Source: Naegleria gruberi
Lineage: Eukaryota
Strand: one strand, 5' to 3'
Length of the DNA: 64,000 nucleotides
NCBI GenBank assembly: GCA_000004985.1
Contig: GG738905.1
The position numbers were made by a program, and so were the translations under genes. Position 1 is the stretch's first letter; each line of letters opens with the position of its first letter. Below are positions 1 to 11,852 of the stretch, in pieces. Under the pieces are notes generated by a model that saw only the letters and a program-made list of their open reading frames with translations, did no database searches and was not told where the DNA came from.

Positions 1-343
1 AATGAGAGAACCAAAAAGTGGATTCTGGACAGTAGCTTCCTCATGACTTAATCTTTTCATTCTTTCCTTTCTTTATCAATCAGTTTCTAATTTCGAATAT
101 TTGTAAAATGAAAAACGAAATAGACTTGTTTAAATTGGTTTTACAACAGAAGGAGATTGATAAGTTGCAAGTAAACAATTGAATAAATGGATGACATCTA
201 ACTTATTGACAAAGTACGAGTACATTTCAAAAAGACCCTCGCTCGCACTTTCGTACAAATTCTCTTTCCTTTAAAAAGAAACTCGACACAATTAACAAAT
301 CAATAAAAAAAAAACAAACAGCAACACAATTAGAAGAAACAAG

Positions 344-1462
344 ATGAAGTATGAAAATTTAGGTAACACTGGCTTGAAAGTCTCCAAAATCTGTCTCGGA
401 TGCATGAGTTTCGGCTCACCAAAATGGTTTGATTGGGTTTTGGAAGAATCAGAATCAATGATCATTCTCAAGAAGGCCTGGGAGTTGGGAATTAACTTCT
501 TCGACACTGCCAACATTTATTCGAATGGTGAAAGTGAGAGAATTTTGGGTAAATTCATTAGGGAGAATAACATTCCGAGAGAGGAAGTTGTTATTGCCAC
601 TAAGGTTTTTGGTCCGGTTGACAAGAGTGGAGAACAAAGATTGCTATTGTTGAGTGATGATAAGAAGGTGAATACTCATGGATTGTCGAGAAAGCATATT
701 ATGCATGCTGTTGAGGAATCATTGGAAAGATTGGGAACTGATTGTAAGTAATTTTGAAAATTGCATCTCTTGGTTGACTGAATATTGTAAACAGACATTG
801 ATTTGTATATTATTCATCGTTGGGATCCAGACACTCCTATTGAAGAAACCATGGAAACTTTGCATGATTTGGTAAAATCTGGAAAGGTCAGATATATTGG
901 TGCCTCTTCAATGTTTGCTTGGCAATTTGCTAAAGCTCAACATTATGCTGATAAGAAGGGATTGACCAAATTTATTTCCATGCAAAATCTCTATCATTTA
1001 CTTTATAGAGAAGAGGAAAGAGACATGATTCCAATGTGTTTGGATCAGAAAGTTTCCTTAACTCCATACAGTCCACTTGCTAAGGGAATTTTGGCAAGAG
1101 CTCACGAATTTGTCAACTCTGAGAAAACAAGCAATGATGAGGATGATGATGAGAAATCCAAGAGAGCAAATTCAGATTTCATTCAAAAACAATTCAAAGA
1201 AACCATGACTGAAGGTGATAAGGAAAATTTGAGAAGAGTTTCAGAATTGGCTAATAAGAAGAATGTCTCACCAGCTCAAATTGCTATTGCTTGGCTATTG
1301 AAGAAACCAGGAGTTACTAGTCCTATTGTTGGTGCCACAAAAGTATCGAATATAGAATCGTCAATTGCTGCTTTGGATATTGAACTCACCCCTGAAGAAG
1401 TCAAATATTTGGATGAATCTTATACAGCTAAAGCACCTCATGCAGTTGGTGTTAGAAAGTAA
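344..1462 (+). CDS. Aldo/keto reductase of the aryl-alcohol dehydrogenase / Kv-beta-like type. Two exons, 344..743 and 795..1462, with a 51-nt phase-1 intron bounded by GTAAGT...AG.
   Basis: AKR motifs are read directly from the translation: GNTGLKVSKICLGCMSFG, FFDTANIYSNGESE, and LGTD/Y/IDLYIIHRWDP once the intron is removed. The Y codon is split t|ac across the intron. The two flanking ORFs are in compatible frames. Confidence 0.8.
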
Positions 1463-1762
1463 CGAATGAAATCGGCAATAAATTCTCATTAAAACTTGTT
1501 TGAATTTAAAGATTGAAACAGATAATTAGAAATTCCAAACTTGGCTTCCCGACTTGGAAATTCCAAGTTATCGTCATCATTAAGAAGAAAAAAAAATTGT
1601 CTTGAAATCTTTCCCAAGATTAGATTATAATTTATTTGAATCAAATTCTCTATCTGCTTAGATAACGAATCGATAGTGCTGATCATCTCTAATTTTGCTA
1701 ATAGTATCAGAGCCTCGGATCATCAATTTTAATTACCATCATCAAGTGTAACATATAACATA

Positions 1763-2558
1763 ATGACAGCACATATTCATTCGAGTGCCACTAGTAAATC
1801 ATCACTTTTTAAACGATTGGTCATTCTCACCATTGTAGTCTCCGTACTAATTTACTTGGCTTTTACTTTTAGTTTGTTCTCCGTTCCGACAAAGTTTCAA
1901 AAACAAGCTTTATCAACAACATTAGAAGCAAACTCTGCTAAACAACAACAACAACAAGAAGCAATAGTAGTAACACCAGCACAAGCAGCAACACCTGCTA
2001 AAGTTGATGAAGAAGTGAAGAAGCCTACGGGAATTGTAGTACAAACACCTGCAGCAGCCAACAAGCAAGTTGAGGAAAAACCAACAACAACAATTCAAAA
2101 AGAAGAAGAGGAACATGAGGATTTAGGAAATAGTATTCCTCCGCAACAACCTGTGCAAGATTTGAGTGGAGAAACCTATGATGATTTTATCAAATCATCA
2201 CCAAATGCATTGGTTTATGTTTTTTCACCAAGTTGTTCTCATTGCATTCAGTTTGCTCCAACTTTTGAAAAACTAGTTGTGGAATTGGGTAAAATTTATG
2301 GAGGAATAATCAATATTGGAAAGGGTATGTGAATTTTTATAATATTGACCTATGTTAACAATGATTTAACAATTATTTAACAAATTGAACTAAGTTGTTG
2401 GACCAAATCACATCAATACACTCGTGGTTCCACTGGGAGTCAGAGGTTACCCAACCTTGATGTTCTACACAAATGGAAATTTGAAATCCAAGAAGTTCTA
2501 CGAAGGAGCAAGAAAAATCCCAGAAATTTTAACATTCATCGAGAAACAAATCAAGTAG
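1763..2558 (+). CDS. Membrane-anchored thioredoxin-domain protein with a CSHC active site. Two exons, 1763..2324 and 2395..2558, with a 70-nt intron bounded by GTATGT...AG.
   Basis: There is an N-terminal hydrophobic anchor and a Q/A/P-rich linker. The thioredoxin motif FSPSCSHCIQFAP is present. The downstream exon reads GYPTLMFYTNG...IEKQIK*, typical of PDI-like domains. An ACTAAC-like branch region, ttaac, lies within the intron. Confidence 0.6.
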
Positions 2559-2840
2559 TGAAATTCTTCCAATTATTAAATTATCAATGATTAAACTATC
2601 ATGCAACAAACATGAAATTGCCATAGAGTAACACCTTGACCTATTATGTTTCTTGGATAACATAGCCGGTAAGCGGTCCATAAGAGACAACCATTTTCAA
2701 GAGCTCTTCAACGTCTTGCTGTCGAATGTCACATTAAAAAAAATAACCAAACACTTTTCTTGAACCAGCACCATTTTCAAATTAATACACAGAGAGTGTT
2801 GGTAAAAAGTTATTTCTTTCTGCATTGAAATTATCAACCT

Positions 2841-5066
2841 ATGGGAAATAAATTTGCCAAAGGTGCTAGGTTTCGTCGACCAAATCAACAAGACGAAACC
2901 TCTCAAAGAAATGATGAAGCAACCTCTCCCTCCCAATATCGTATTGTGAGTACAGAAGAAATTCAAGCCAATTCCTCTCCTTCCAATCATCATCATCATC
3001 CCAACAATAATAATTCCAATTTTTCTTCTTCTGACTCACCAACACTCCGAAAATCCAAATCAAATCGAACAAGAAGTTTGAGTACCTCCACAACAACAGG
3101 TGGTAACAATGGTAGTAGTAGTAGTGGTAGCAATAATGCTCGTTCAAGTCCAGGTACCTCTCCGACAAGTCATCATCAACGTTTCCTTCTGACCAACAAT
3201 CATACAACAACAACAACTCCAAGCCTTGCATCCTCTTCATCAACAACAACAAAAAATTCCCCGCCAAATTCTACAGTAATTTCCAATCAGAAAAAAAAGA
3301 GTGGTGTTGGCGGTTCGTTCAGGTTCCGATCATTGAGAGGGAATAATTCGGCATCGGCATCATCATCGTCTTCATCATCGAGTAAGAAGAGTAAGAAGAG
3401 TAATGAGGGAAAGCATAATGAAAAGCAACAACCTCAATTGCAATTGAATGATTCGAATTTGAATTCATCAGTGCAAAATAATCAACATCATCACCATAAT
3501 AGAACAATATCAAATGGTTCGACACATAGTGGTGCAAGTGGACATTTTCCTCTACTTTCATCATCATCGACTGGAATGATACAAACTGGTGGACATTTTC
3601 ATAGAAAAACTTCAAGTCAGCCTCCACCTAATTGGGCTACTTTTAATTATCAAAATTCTGGAAGTTTATTGTCTCCTAATGGAACTGGTAATCCATTGGT
3701 TAGTTTACAAATGTCTCCAAGTCCTTCATCATGGCAGAATAATTACTTTATCTATAATTATGCAATTTTATCATCATCAGCTCCACAACCTTCCACAGTG
3801 AATAGAAGTTTATCTAGCTCACCAATGAGTGTTTCTTCAGCTGCTTCAAGTGTTAGTAATTCGAGAGATCAATTAGTGGAATATCAATTGATGGAATTCT
3901 CACCACAACAACGATTGGTTCATGAAAAACTGAGGGCCATGTTTCCTTCCATGAAAAATGTGCCTGACTATTTCTTGGCCTATTTTTCATTGGTTCTTTC
4001 AGATGAAATAACTTTGAAGGAGACAATCTTTTCAAATGTCAGTGATATTTCATTCTACTTGGAAATGCAATCCAAGATTGAAGAATTATTCCTCGAAGAA
4101 GAGGAAAGACTCGGAAAATCACCTAGTACTTCTAGAATGGATCATTTCACTCCTAAATCACCAGCTTATCATAGTGTTACCAATGACAATCTTCTTGCGA
4201 ACACTACTGAAGATGGTGACATTAACTATTCTTCCAATTTTTTCAATTCTAATGATGCCTATGAAAATATTACCTCTAACCTAAATTTGAACGACTCATA
4301 TTCTAGTAATAACACTTCTACCGAAAAAGGTGATATTCCTTCCTCAATTATCAATTTCCAATTAGATTTCCTAAATCCTTTCCACATGATGAGCAGAAGT
4401 GAGCTCACTGTTCGCTTAATCATTCTACCAAAAATTTTCAAAAATGTTTTCTATGCAAAGACTGAAGTTGCTCAATTAATGTCGCCTGTATTTTCTACTA
4501 GAAATAATTTACACTTCCGAGATTCCTTTATTCACAACGACGAGTTTGTTGTATGTATCATGATTGGATTTTGGGTACTCGAGTACATTCCATCCTCTGG
4601 AATTATTGTACCAAAACTTATTTATGGACCATCAGAGCTATTTTCATATATACAGAGTATTCCTGTAATTGCCACTCTGAATAATAGTGATGGACACGTA
4701 ATGAGTGCACTCATTTCTACAATAGTTAAATGGAATTGTGAAAAGAAGAATCCAAACACTAACTCTATGACGTTCATTGATGACTTACTAAAGACACTAC
4801 ACATTAACTTTAAATATGCCCATAATTCAACACTTGAAAATTGGAGGAAGGGTAACTCATCTCTTGAATGGACCATACCAAATCATTACAACCTGCTAAA
4901 GGATCCTAGTGTAAACACTACTAGTTCTCGAGTTTTGAAATTCAAATCAATTGAAGATTATGAATTATCAGTGCCTAAAATTGTTCACACCCTGAGTAGT
5001 GAATTGTTAATTTCTAATGGAGGAGTTTTTGATTATCTAAGTTGTCTCCAAAAATGTTTCTCGTAA
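2841..5066 (+). CDS. Hypothetical 741-aa protein with a S/T/N/H-rich N-terminal half and a possible N-myristoylation start, MGNKFA. Single exon.
   Basis: Long uninterrupted ORF. The protein begins MG, with N-K-F-A following. The N-terminal half is low-complexity and the C-terminal ~350 aa is not. I recognise no domain. Confidence 0.5.
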   Translation: MGNKFAKGARFRRPNQQDETSQRNDEATSPSQYRIVSTEEIQANSSPSNHHHHPNNNNSNFSSSDSPTLRKSKSNRTRSLSTSTTTGGNNGSSSSGSNNARSSPGTSPTSHHQRFLLTNNHTTTTTPSLASSSSTTTKNSPPNSTVISNQKKKSGVGGSFRFRSLRGNNSASASSSSSSSSKKSKKSNEGKHNEKQQPQLQLNDSNLNSSVQNNQHHHHNRTISNGSTHSGASGHFPLLSSSSTGMIQTGGHFHRKTSSQPPPNWATFNYQNSGSLLSPNGTGNPLVSLQMSPSPSSWQNNYFIYNYAILSSSAPQPSTVNRSLSSSPMSVSSAASSVSNSRDQLVEYQLMEFSPQQRLVHEKLRAMFPSMKNVPDYFLAYFSLVLSDEITLKETIFSNVSDISFYLEMQSKIEELFLEEEERLGKSPSTSRMDHFTPKSPAYHSVTNDNLLANTTEDGDINYSSNFFNSNDAYENITSNLNLNDSYSSNNTSTEKGDIPSSIINFQLDFLNPFHMMSRSELTVRLIILPKIFKNVFYAKTEVAQLMSPVFSTRNNLHFRDSFIHNDEFVVCIMIGFWVLEYIPSSGIIVPKLIYGPSELFSYIQSIPVIATLNNSDGHVMSALISTIVKWNCEKKNPNTNSMTFIDDLLKTLHINFKYAHNSTLENWRKGNSSLEWTIPNHYNLLKDPSVNTTSSRVLKFKSIEDYELSVPKIVHTLSSELLISNGGVFDYLSCLQKCFS

Positions 5067-5230
5067 GTATTATTATTTCTAAGATATTTAATTTAATGAT
5101 TAATGTTGTATTTCATTATCTGATCAATAACATTTATAGAGAGGACTATTTCATGTTACAAACAATTAGAGCCTCATTACAATTAAAAGAATTCGCCCAC
5201 TTGAAATAAATGCAGTTCAAATTTTGTTTA

Positions 5231-6320
5231 TTAAAGCATTTGAATAGACTTGTTATATTGTTTAATTTCGTGGCACTTGACACGATTTTTCTTTTGACAT
5301 TTAATTCTAATATCAACACCTGCATGAGAAAATTTCATAGCTCTTGGTGGAACAAGTGCAACAAGATCATATCTGACCTTATTCTTCTTTGACTTGTAGA
5401 AATCCACAACTCTGGCAAATTCTGGAATGGCAGCATTAATAGTTGAAACAAATTTGGCATCGCCAGTTCTAGGTTGACCAAAAGTAATTAATTTAATCTT
5501 GGCATTCTTATAATCAACGTATTTTGATGAAACAAAGTCCAAAGCAGCAATACTAGTAACAGCAGCTCCCTAATAATAATTATTAATTTTCCAATCAAAT
5601 GTTTTAAGTAATTAAATTAAATTCCGTTATGTTGTTGTGAAAATCCAATATCCAAAAATGTTCAATGATAATTCGGATCACAAATTTATCACCATCATCC
5701 TTTCGTATAAATTCTAATAAAAAAATATAACAAACCTTTGAATGTCCAGTAAACATGACAGTGTCAACTTGATTTTCACTACTAAAAACCTTCTTTAAAG
5801 CAGCAACCAAAGTTTCCTTCAATTTCTTATAATGTTGCAAGAAACCTCTATGAACCTTTCCATTTCCATTAAAATCAGTCAACTTGAAATTAAACGAATC
5901 AGCCCAATTTTTAACATTCTTTGGTTCAACTCCTCTGAATGAAATTACAACAGTTCTAGTCAATGCATTATAATAAATTTTGAAAGAAGTTTGTGATGAA
6001 CGATGAAACTTGACAACTTTGTAATCTTTGGCATTTGGCAGGGATGAACATTTGACAATTGGAACTTGTGAAATTTTGTTATGATAAACATCTTGAGAGA
6101 AAAATCCTGCCCATTCAATATCTCTTGGACAAATAGTTTTCAATCTTCTATTCACAATTTCCATTTCCTTGTCACTATTGACAAGTGACTTGACAGTTTT
6201 TGCGACATTTTTAATCTTCTTGACAGCTTGCTTTAATTTAAGTCCTTCTACTTGTTGTGTGTAGATGGAAAACAAGGCAAGCGTGAGAAGAAGAGCAAAA
6301 ACTAATTTGTTTGCTTTCAT
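5231..6320 (-). CDS. Secreted class-3 (fungal-type) triacylglycerol lipase. Two exons, 5736..6320 and 5231..5569, with a 166-nt intron.
   Basis: Signal peptide MKANKLVFALLLTLALFSIYTQQVEG. The nucleophile elbow GHSKG (GXSXG) spans the exon junction as ...FTGHSK|GAAVTSIAALDF. Donor GTTTGT and acceptor TTATTAG are on the minus strand. Confidence 0.7.
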
Positions 6321-6755
6321 TTGTCGGTTGTGAATTTTTTTTTAAAGATAATTTTCAAGTGACCTGACAGCTGAATTTGTGATGTGAGAAAGTGTCGTTT
6401 TTTTGAGCTCTGGCCCATTACATGGATAATTGGTGATCTAGCAAGGCATGAGATTTTCATTTTACAATACAAACGAATGAGAAAAATCTATTCGAAATAT
6501 ACAAATTTCGAATAATATTATTCGAATAGTATTTTCATGAATAATTTGAAGAAATGAATGTTTTATTAGTTTCAATAATATTAATCATAATGATGAATCC
6601 TTTGTTGTTCAGACATATTGGAACAATACCTTTCGAATTCAATCATTATACATTCGTTCAATTTCCCATATTATTTTCAAAATCTTATTTCACATATTAT
6701 CTAAATTGTAACATTGTAAATGGAAACCAATTTAAATTGCAACCTAATCTCTCTA

Positions 6756-7151
6756 TTAATAAAACATATTGTAAACTTTAATATCATCCTGAGTTTCCTT
6801 TAACTCATCCTTCATGTCAGAAATAATTCTCTCTCTATATTCCTTATGTAACATTTCTGGATAGTCCAGATATTCCCTAAAATAGGAATCTTTGAGCAAA
6901 TTTTGAACCAAGACTTCACGTCCCATTCCTTCTGGATTACCGAGATAGACTGACCAGAGTCCATACTTTTTAGAATTCTTCATTAAATGATCTGGAATTT
7001 GTAGAGAATGTGCATGTTGAGAATAAACTGAATTACCATCAAAGGCAAATCCATAATATTCGGACATGTTTTTAAAATCATCACTGTCTGATTTGACTCC
7101 GTCTTGAGAGAGGAGAAAATCAAGGGCAAGTTGTTTGGTTTGTTCCATCAA
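6756..7151 (-). CDS. Hypothetical 131-aa protein; may be one exon of a larger gene.
   Basis: The ORF has non-repetitive composition. I recognise no domain. Confidence 0.3.
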   Translation of the reverse strand: MMEQTKQLALDFLLSQDGVKSDSDDFKNMSEYYGFAFDGNSVYSQHAHSLQIPDHLMKNSKKYGLWSVYLGNPEGMGREVLVQNLLKDSYFREYLDYPEMLHKEYRERIISDMKDELKETQDDIKVYNMFY

Positions 7152-7715
7152 GTGCTTTCGTTTTTTTTTAATCTACTTTCGGTTAGTATTATTAGAAAGG
7201 TTAATTTAAATGAGTTTTTTATATAGGACAATACCTTGTTTAACACTTACTAGAAAAGGAATGAAGGAGATAATGCATTTTTACCAAAAATAATCCAATC
7301 TAGATGGATAATCATTAGAAATAAACTGTTATCTCACTTTAGTTTGTTTGGATTGAATCAAATTGGAGGAATCTAATTGTTGAATAGGAAAATATCAGTT
7401 ATTTTGGACCAGCTTTCCATCATTAATGATGTGAAGAAAAAGTTCAATTGGATTAATTTTCAATTATAAATTTAGTTTACTTTCCATTAAGGTTTCTCTC
7501 TTGTCAACTGCTCATAATCATTTTAATTTCTGGCCAAACTGAATAACATATGATAAGAATGATTTCAATATTTTCTTTCCATCTTCTAGAAAGTATCCAA
7601 ATAATACTTTTCCCTTCTTTGTCAACTAACTTTTCAAAACATTGTAAAAAAAGATTCTTGTAAAAAAACATTTCAACGCTCAATTCTGTTAGTAAAAACA
7701 AACAAAAAACGAAAC

Positions 7716-8471
7716 ATGTGTTGGTCTCTCAGAGCTTCCTTGTTCTTTTCCATCCTAGGAGGATTGATGACTTTGGATCAGATTCGAAGAACACTTGCTA
7801 TTCGAAAGGAGTGGAGAGCACGGAGTATATCTCAAGTATTAATGTACCTGTCGTATACCTTGATGGAATTCCTACAATTTCTACAGTATTGGTTTGGAAT
7901 TGAAGGAACGTGTGGCACCACTTCAAATATTTTCCTGTCAATTGTGGCTCACTTTCTAATTTGGACTCAACCACTGGCACACAATTATTGGTGTTTAAGG
8001 AATACAGCGAAGGGAAGAAGTACTTTCAGATATGCTTTGTTTTGCTCCTTCTCCACCCTAATTCTGGCAAGTATCAGTTTGGCAATGGGTTATTTTCAAG
8101 TTGGTGGATTTGGTGTTGGAATTGAAAATGACAATCTGGAAGGTGTTCCAGGAAATGTTTTGGGAATTGAAATTCAAAATGTGAATACCAAATTGTGTTC
8201 AATGCAAGGACCTAATCATTTATATTGGATGTTTCCCTATCATCCAATATGGGGACATGGCATTTCGTGGTTTACTTGGTTGATGGTTGCTGCATTTCCT
8301 CATTTCTTTAGATATTCAGTTAAGGATAATGATTTCTTTGGAAAGAGTTGGGTGATGGGAAGTGTTGTCGTTGGTGGATGGTTAGTTGCCTTGGCAGTCA
8401 CTTTGACAATTGGCAATTTCCATGAGACACCTTCTTATTGGTGCCTTATTTCAGTTCCATGTTTGGTGTAG
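7716..8471 (+). CDS. Hypothetical polytopic membrane protein of 251 aa with W/F/G-rich TM segments.
   Basis: Several hydrophobic helices are read from the translation: LFFSILGGLMTL, FLSIVAHFLIW, LFCSFSTLILASISLAMGYF, VVVGGWLVALAVTLTIG. The N-terminus may lie upstream or be spliced. Confidence 0.4.
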   Translation: MCWSLRASLFFSILGGLMTLDQIRRTLAIRKEWRARSISQVLMYLSYTLMEFLQFLQYWFGIEGTCGTTSNIFLSIVAHFLIWTQPLAHNYWCLRNTAKGRSTFRYALFCSFSTLILASISLAMGYFQVGGFGVGIENDNLEGVPGNVLGIEIQNVNTKLCSMQGPNHLYWMFPYHPIWGHGISWFTWLMVAAFPHFFRYSVKDNDFFGKSWVMGSVVVGGWLVALAVTLTIGNFHETPSYWCLISVPCLV

Positions 8472-8542
8472 CCCTATGTGTCTGCATTCTTCAATCCTAA
8501 ACGATTCATTGTTCGAGAGGAATTGTATGTCAAAATGCCAAA

Positions 8543-8920
8543 GTCTTCATCTTCTGAATATGATTCAAAGAAAGTTGCCTAATTTTTGAGGGATGAGAAT
8601 TGATGGATTGAAAGCCTCCATCTCATTGAGAATGAGCATTGACAATAATAGTGGAATCATTCAATGTCGATTTGAAACTATTTCAAATAAATTTCGAGTT
8701 GGAATCTGCTACTTTTTTTAAGTGTTTGGTGATAAACGTTGGGTCAATTTGTTACTTTCCATTTTGAGGAGTCATGCAGATTTCTTGAATGAAAGTTGAA
8801 GTGAGTACCCCACTCACTAAGGTTTATTGTAAACTACACACACCAATAAATATGAAAAATTTTTGTCTGAAAAAATTTCAACACAGCAAGATGTTAAAAG
8901 ACAAGATTTACGCTCTTATT
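8543..8920 (+). repeat. Left terminal repeats of the DIRS-like element: A at 8543..8793 followed directly by B at 8794..8920.
   Basis: Near-identical copies sit at the right end in the order B' (12797..12925) then A' (12976..13240), with a 50-N gap between them. Confidence 0.75.
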
Positions 8921-9900
8921 AAAGAACACTCCAGTGATGTTATGGCTAGTATGCCTCCAAACACCATCAAGATGGTATTGGATCTACTTGGCGAAAACCC
9001 TGAAGACAAAGAAAGATGGCTAGAAATTGTTGAAGACGCAGGTGGTGCGTTATTCAACAACTTCTCAACAAAAGCAGAGGCCCAGGAATACTTTACCAAA
9101 GGTATTAAGAAGTTAGCAAAGAGTGGTAAAGTTGCTTCCACTAGAAGTAAGACTACCTCTTTGCAAGAGGCAAGCACTCCAAGTAACATGAATAAGACTT
9201 CTTCTTCATCTCAAATGGCTACCCCAAAGGTTTCTAGCGTTAGTCAGGTTAGAGAGTTCGTCCAAAAGAGAAGGATTGAAGAAACAGACGACAAGGAGTG
9301 GAAGAGAAGAGGTGTTATTCTTGACCCAGCTGATTTCCTTGAAAAGCCAGCTACTTGGAATCTCCCAAGTAGACAACAATGGGAAGAGATGAACCGCCAA
9401 ATCAACATTTTAGTGGTCGGTAAACAGGTTGAAGAAAAGGTTAAGGAAACGTTTCCGCCATTGAGTACCAATAACCAAGCATTGAAAGCAGAGTACGACA
9501 CCTTGAAAGAGGTCGCAGGAAGCGTCTACGGTGCTGCATTGTTGAACAAGGATGAGTCAGTTGCAGACAAGTTGGAGGGTGCCATTGAATATATCAAGGA
9601 GAAAGCGGTACACCTCAAGCTCGTTTCCTTCGACAAGCATCTTGCGGAGAAGGTTCGTATCATTCGTTCAGATAAGACCTGGAGAGAACAGGCTGACCTT
9701 ATTAAGGTCGCCTCCAAGTTGATGAAGGTAGAAAGTGAAGTGATTAAGAATGGAAACTTGCCAGTCATCAATAATATGACTAAAGCTGTTGAAAAGGCAA
9801 GAGATACCTATCCTGTAGCTTCCCACTGTTTCAAATGCGGAGAAGTTGGACACTTGGCAAAGAATTGCAATAAATCCACTTCCAAATACGTCTCGGTAAG
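8789..9900 (+). CDS. DIRS-like element Gag-like protein with a C-terminal CCHC zinc knuckle. This is the 5' part of the 1321-codon open frame.
   Basis: CFKCGEVGHLAKNC lies at about 9829..9870. The upstream ~340 aa are charged and helical, typical of retroelement capsid-like proteins. Confidence 0.6.
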
Positions 9901-10034
9901 TACTATTTTTCGATCCTCCAGATGCGGCAGAGATACGGGAGAGGAAACAAGCTGTTCACTCCATTTCGAATGCTTGGAAGGAGTGGAAGAGAAGAGGAGC
10001 GAAACCTTCGATAATAAGGCTCCTGAAAGAGGGT

Positions 10035-11852
10035 GTGAAAGTGCTTCCTTCAACAGGGTTCAAAAGATCAGTGGAGACAGTAAATTCAGCCAAGTTCTCA
10101 ATAAGGGAACTACAGTGGTTGGAAAGGGAGATAAATTTGCTAAAGAAGATTGGTGCATTAGAAGCTTGTCAGAATGCGGAAGTAGTGGCCAAGTTCAGAT
10201 TGGTACCAAAGGGAGAACAGTACAGATTGATTGTAGACTTGAGACCCTTAAACAAATATTGCCTCATCCCCAAATTCAAGTACAACACATTGAAGAGATT
10301 CTTAGAGTTTATTCCAGAATCTGGAACCATGTTCCTATCATCATTCGATTTGAAGTCTGGGTACCACCAGCTAAAAGTCCACAAGGACTCAAGAAAATTT
10401 TTTGCTATCAACTATTTTGGACAATTATTACAGTTTACTGTGTTGCCCTTTGGCTGGAATGGATCACCATAGAACTTCACTTTGGTAATGAATCAAGCGG
10501 TAATTTTGATGGAATCACCACTCATGCGTCTTTCCAATTATTTGGACGATGTGCAAATAGTGAATGTAGTGGAAGAAACAATAGCCGTACAGAATGTAGA
10601 AATATGCAGGGAAGATGCAAACCAGCTTGGTTTAGTGTTAGAGAGAAGAAAGAGTGTAATGAAACCAATGACAGAATTAGTAGTGTTGGGGTCATGTGTG
10701 AATATTATAACGAAGACACTATCAATGACAGAGGCTACGATAGTGAAGATTACGAATATGATAAAATCAGTACTCACGCGGATTCATTTAGGCAAAACAG
10801 TGTCGGTAAGGAAGATGAGTTCGATAAGCGGGACAGTGATTGCTTATTTGGAATGTTTTATCCCAGCAAGGGTGATGCTTGCTCCCATATTCGCCTTAAT
10901 AGCAAAAACAGTAGTGAAGTACGGATGGAAAGCTTCGGTATTCGTAAGGGATGTCAGGGTCATTCACAACCTTCAATGGATTATTGCAAATATAAGGATG
11001 TGGAATGGAAAACACTTCCAGAGGCCATCATTGGTCTATTACTTCTGGACAGATGCATCAGATTGGGGTTGGGGAGCATATTTCGAGGAGAAGGACTTGA
11101 AGATAGGTGGTCAATGGTCGGAACAAGAAAGAAAACTTCATATCCATATAAGAGAAATGTTAGCGGTGTTAAGAGCTTTGATGGAATGGAAGCATTTGTT
11201 CGAAGAGAGAAAGATCATTATTTATGTGGACAATTGGATTATCTTACACAACATTTTAAAGGGATGGGCAAAAAGCCCACTTATGAGAAGGTTAATTATG
11301 AGCTTCTGGAGAATTATATTCAGCCACAATATAACTCTATTGTCTGTGGAATGGTTACCGTCGGAAGAGAATTATATGGCAGACGGGATCAGCAGGGGGA
11401 TAATGAACGATCCCACGGATTGGGAGATGACTATTCCAGCATTTCAAAGGATTCAGAAGGAACTTCTAGTGGAAATAGGATTCGACAGATTCGCTTCCCA
11501 CGTAAGCTTCAAAGTCAAGCCTTACATGGTAAGAGAAAGAAATTTCAGAGGAGAGAAAGCAGACGCCTTCTCTACATTATGGACAGAAGAGGTTGTAAAT
11601 TTGTGTTGCGTCCCATTCAACTTAATAGGAAGAGTATTGAAACATTGCGAAGAATCAAAAGCTATAATGGTGTTGATTCATCCAGTATGGAAGAGAAGGT
11701 TTTGGTGGCCAATTCTAGAAAAGTATCGTATAAGGAGTGTATCGATGAATGGAAAGGACTTCTTTACAAAGTCCAATACAGGTCACGTAGAACCTTGCAA
11801 GAAATCTTGGCTATTAGAGGCAAGTCTGATAGATTGTCGAACTCGGAACTAA
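10035..11852 (+). CDS. DIRS-like element Pol with RT, RNase H and a methyltransferase-like domain. It lies in the +1 frame relative to gag and YR and is interrupted by an in-frame TAG at 10470..10472.
   Basis: The two frame-0 ORFs 10035..10472 and 10482..11852 are colinear with a canonical RT. The stop falls between motif B (LPFGWNGSP) and motif C (YLDDVQIV). The RNase H catalytic motifs are intact. Confidence 0.7.

Noticed and set aside
2866-3267. Antisense and alternative-frame ORFs inside large genes (2866..3267, 3319..3627, 9244..9501, 10538..10777, 28010..28324, 50099..50611, 52697..53023, etc.)
   Set aside because: They are short, compositionally biased, nested in well-supported genes on the opposite strand or frame, and carry no recognisable motifs.
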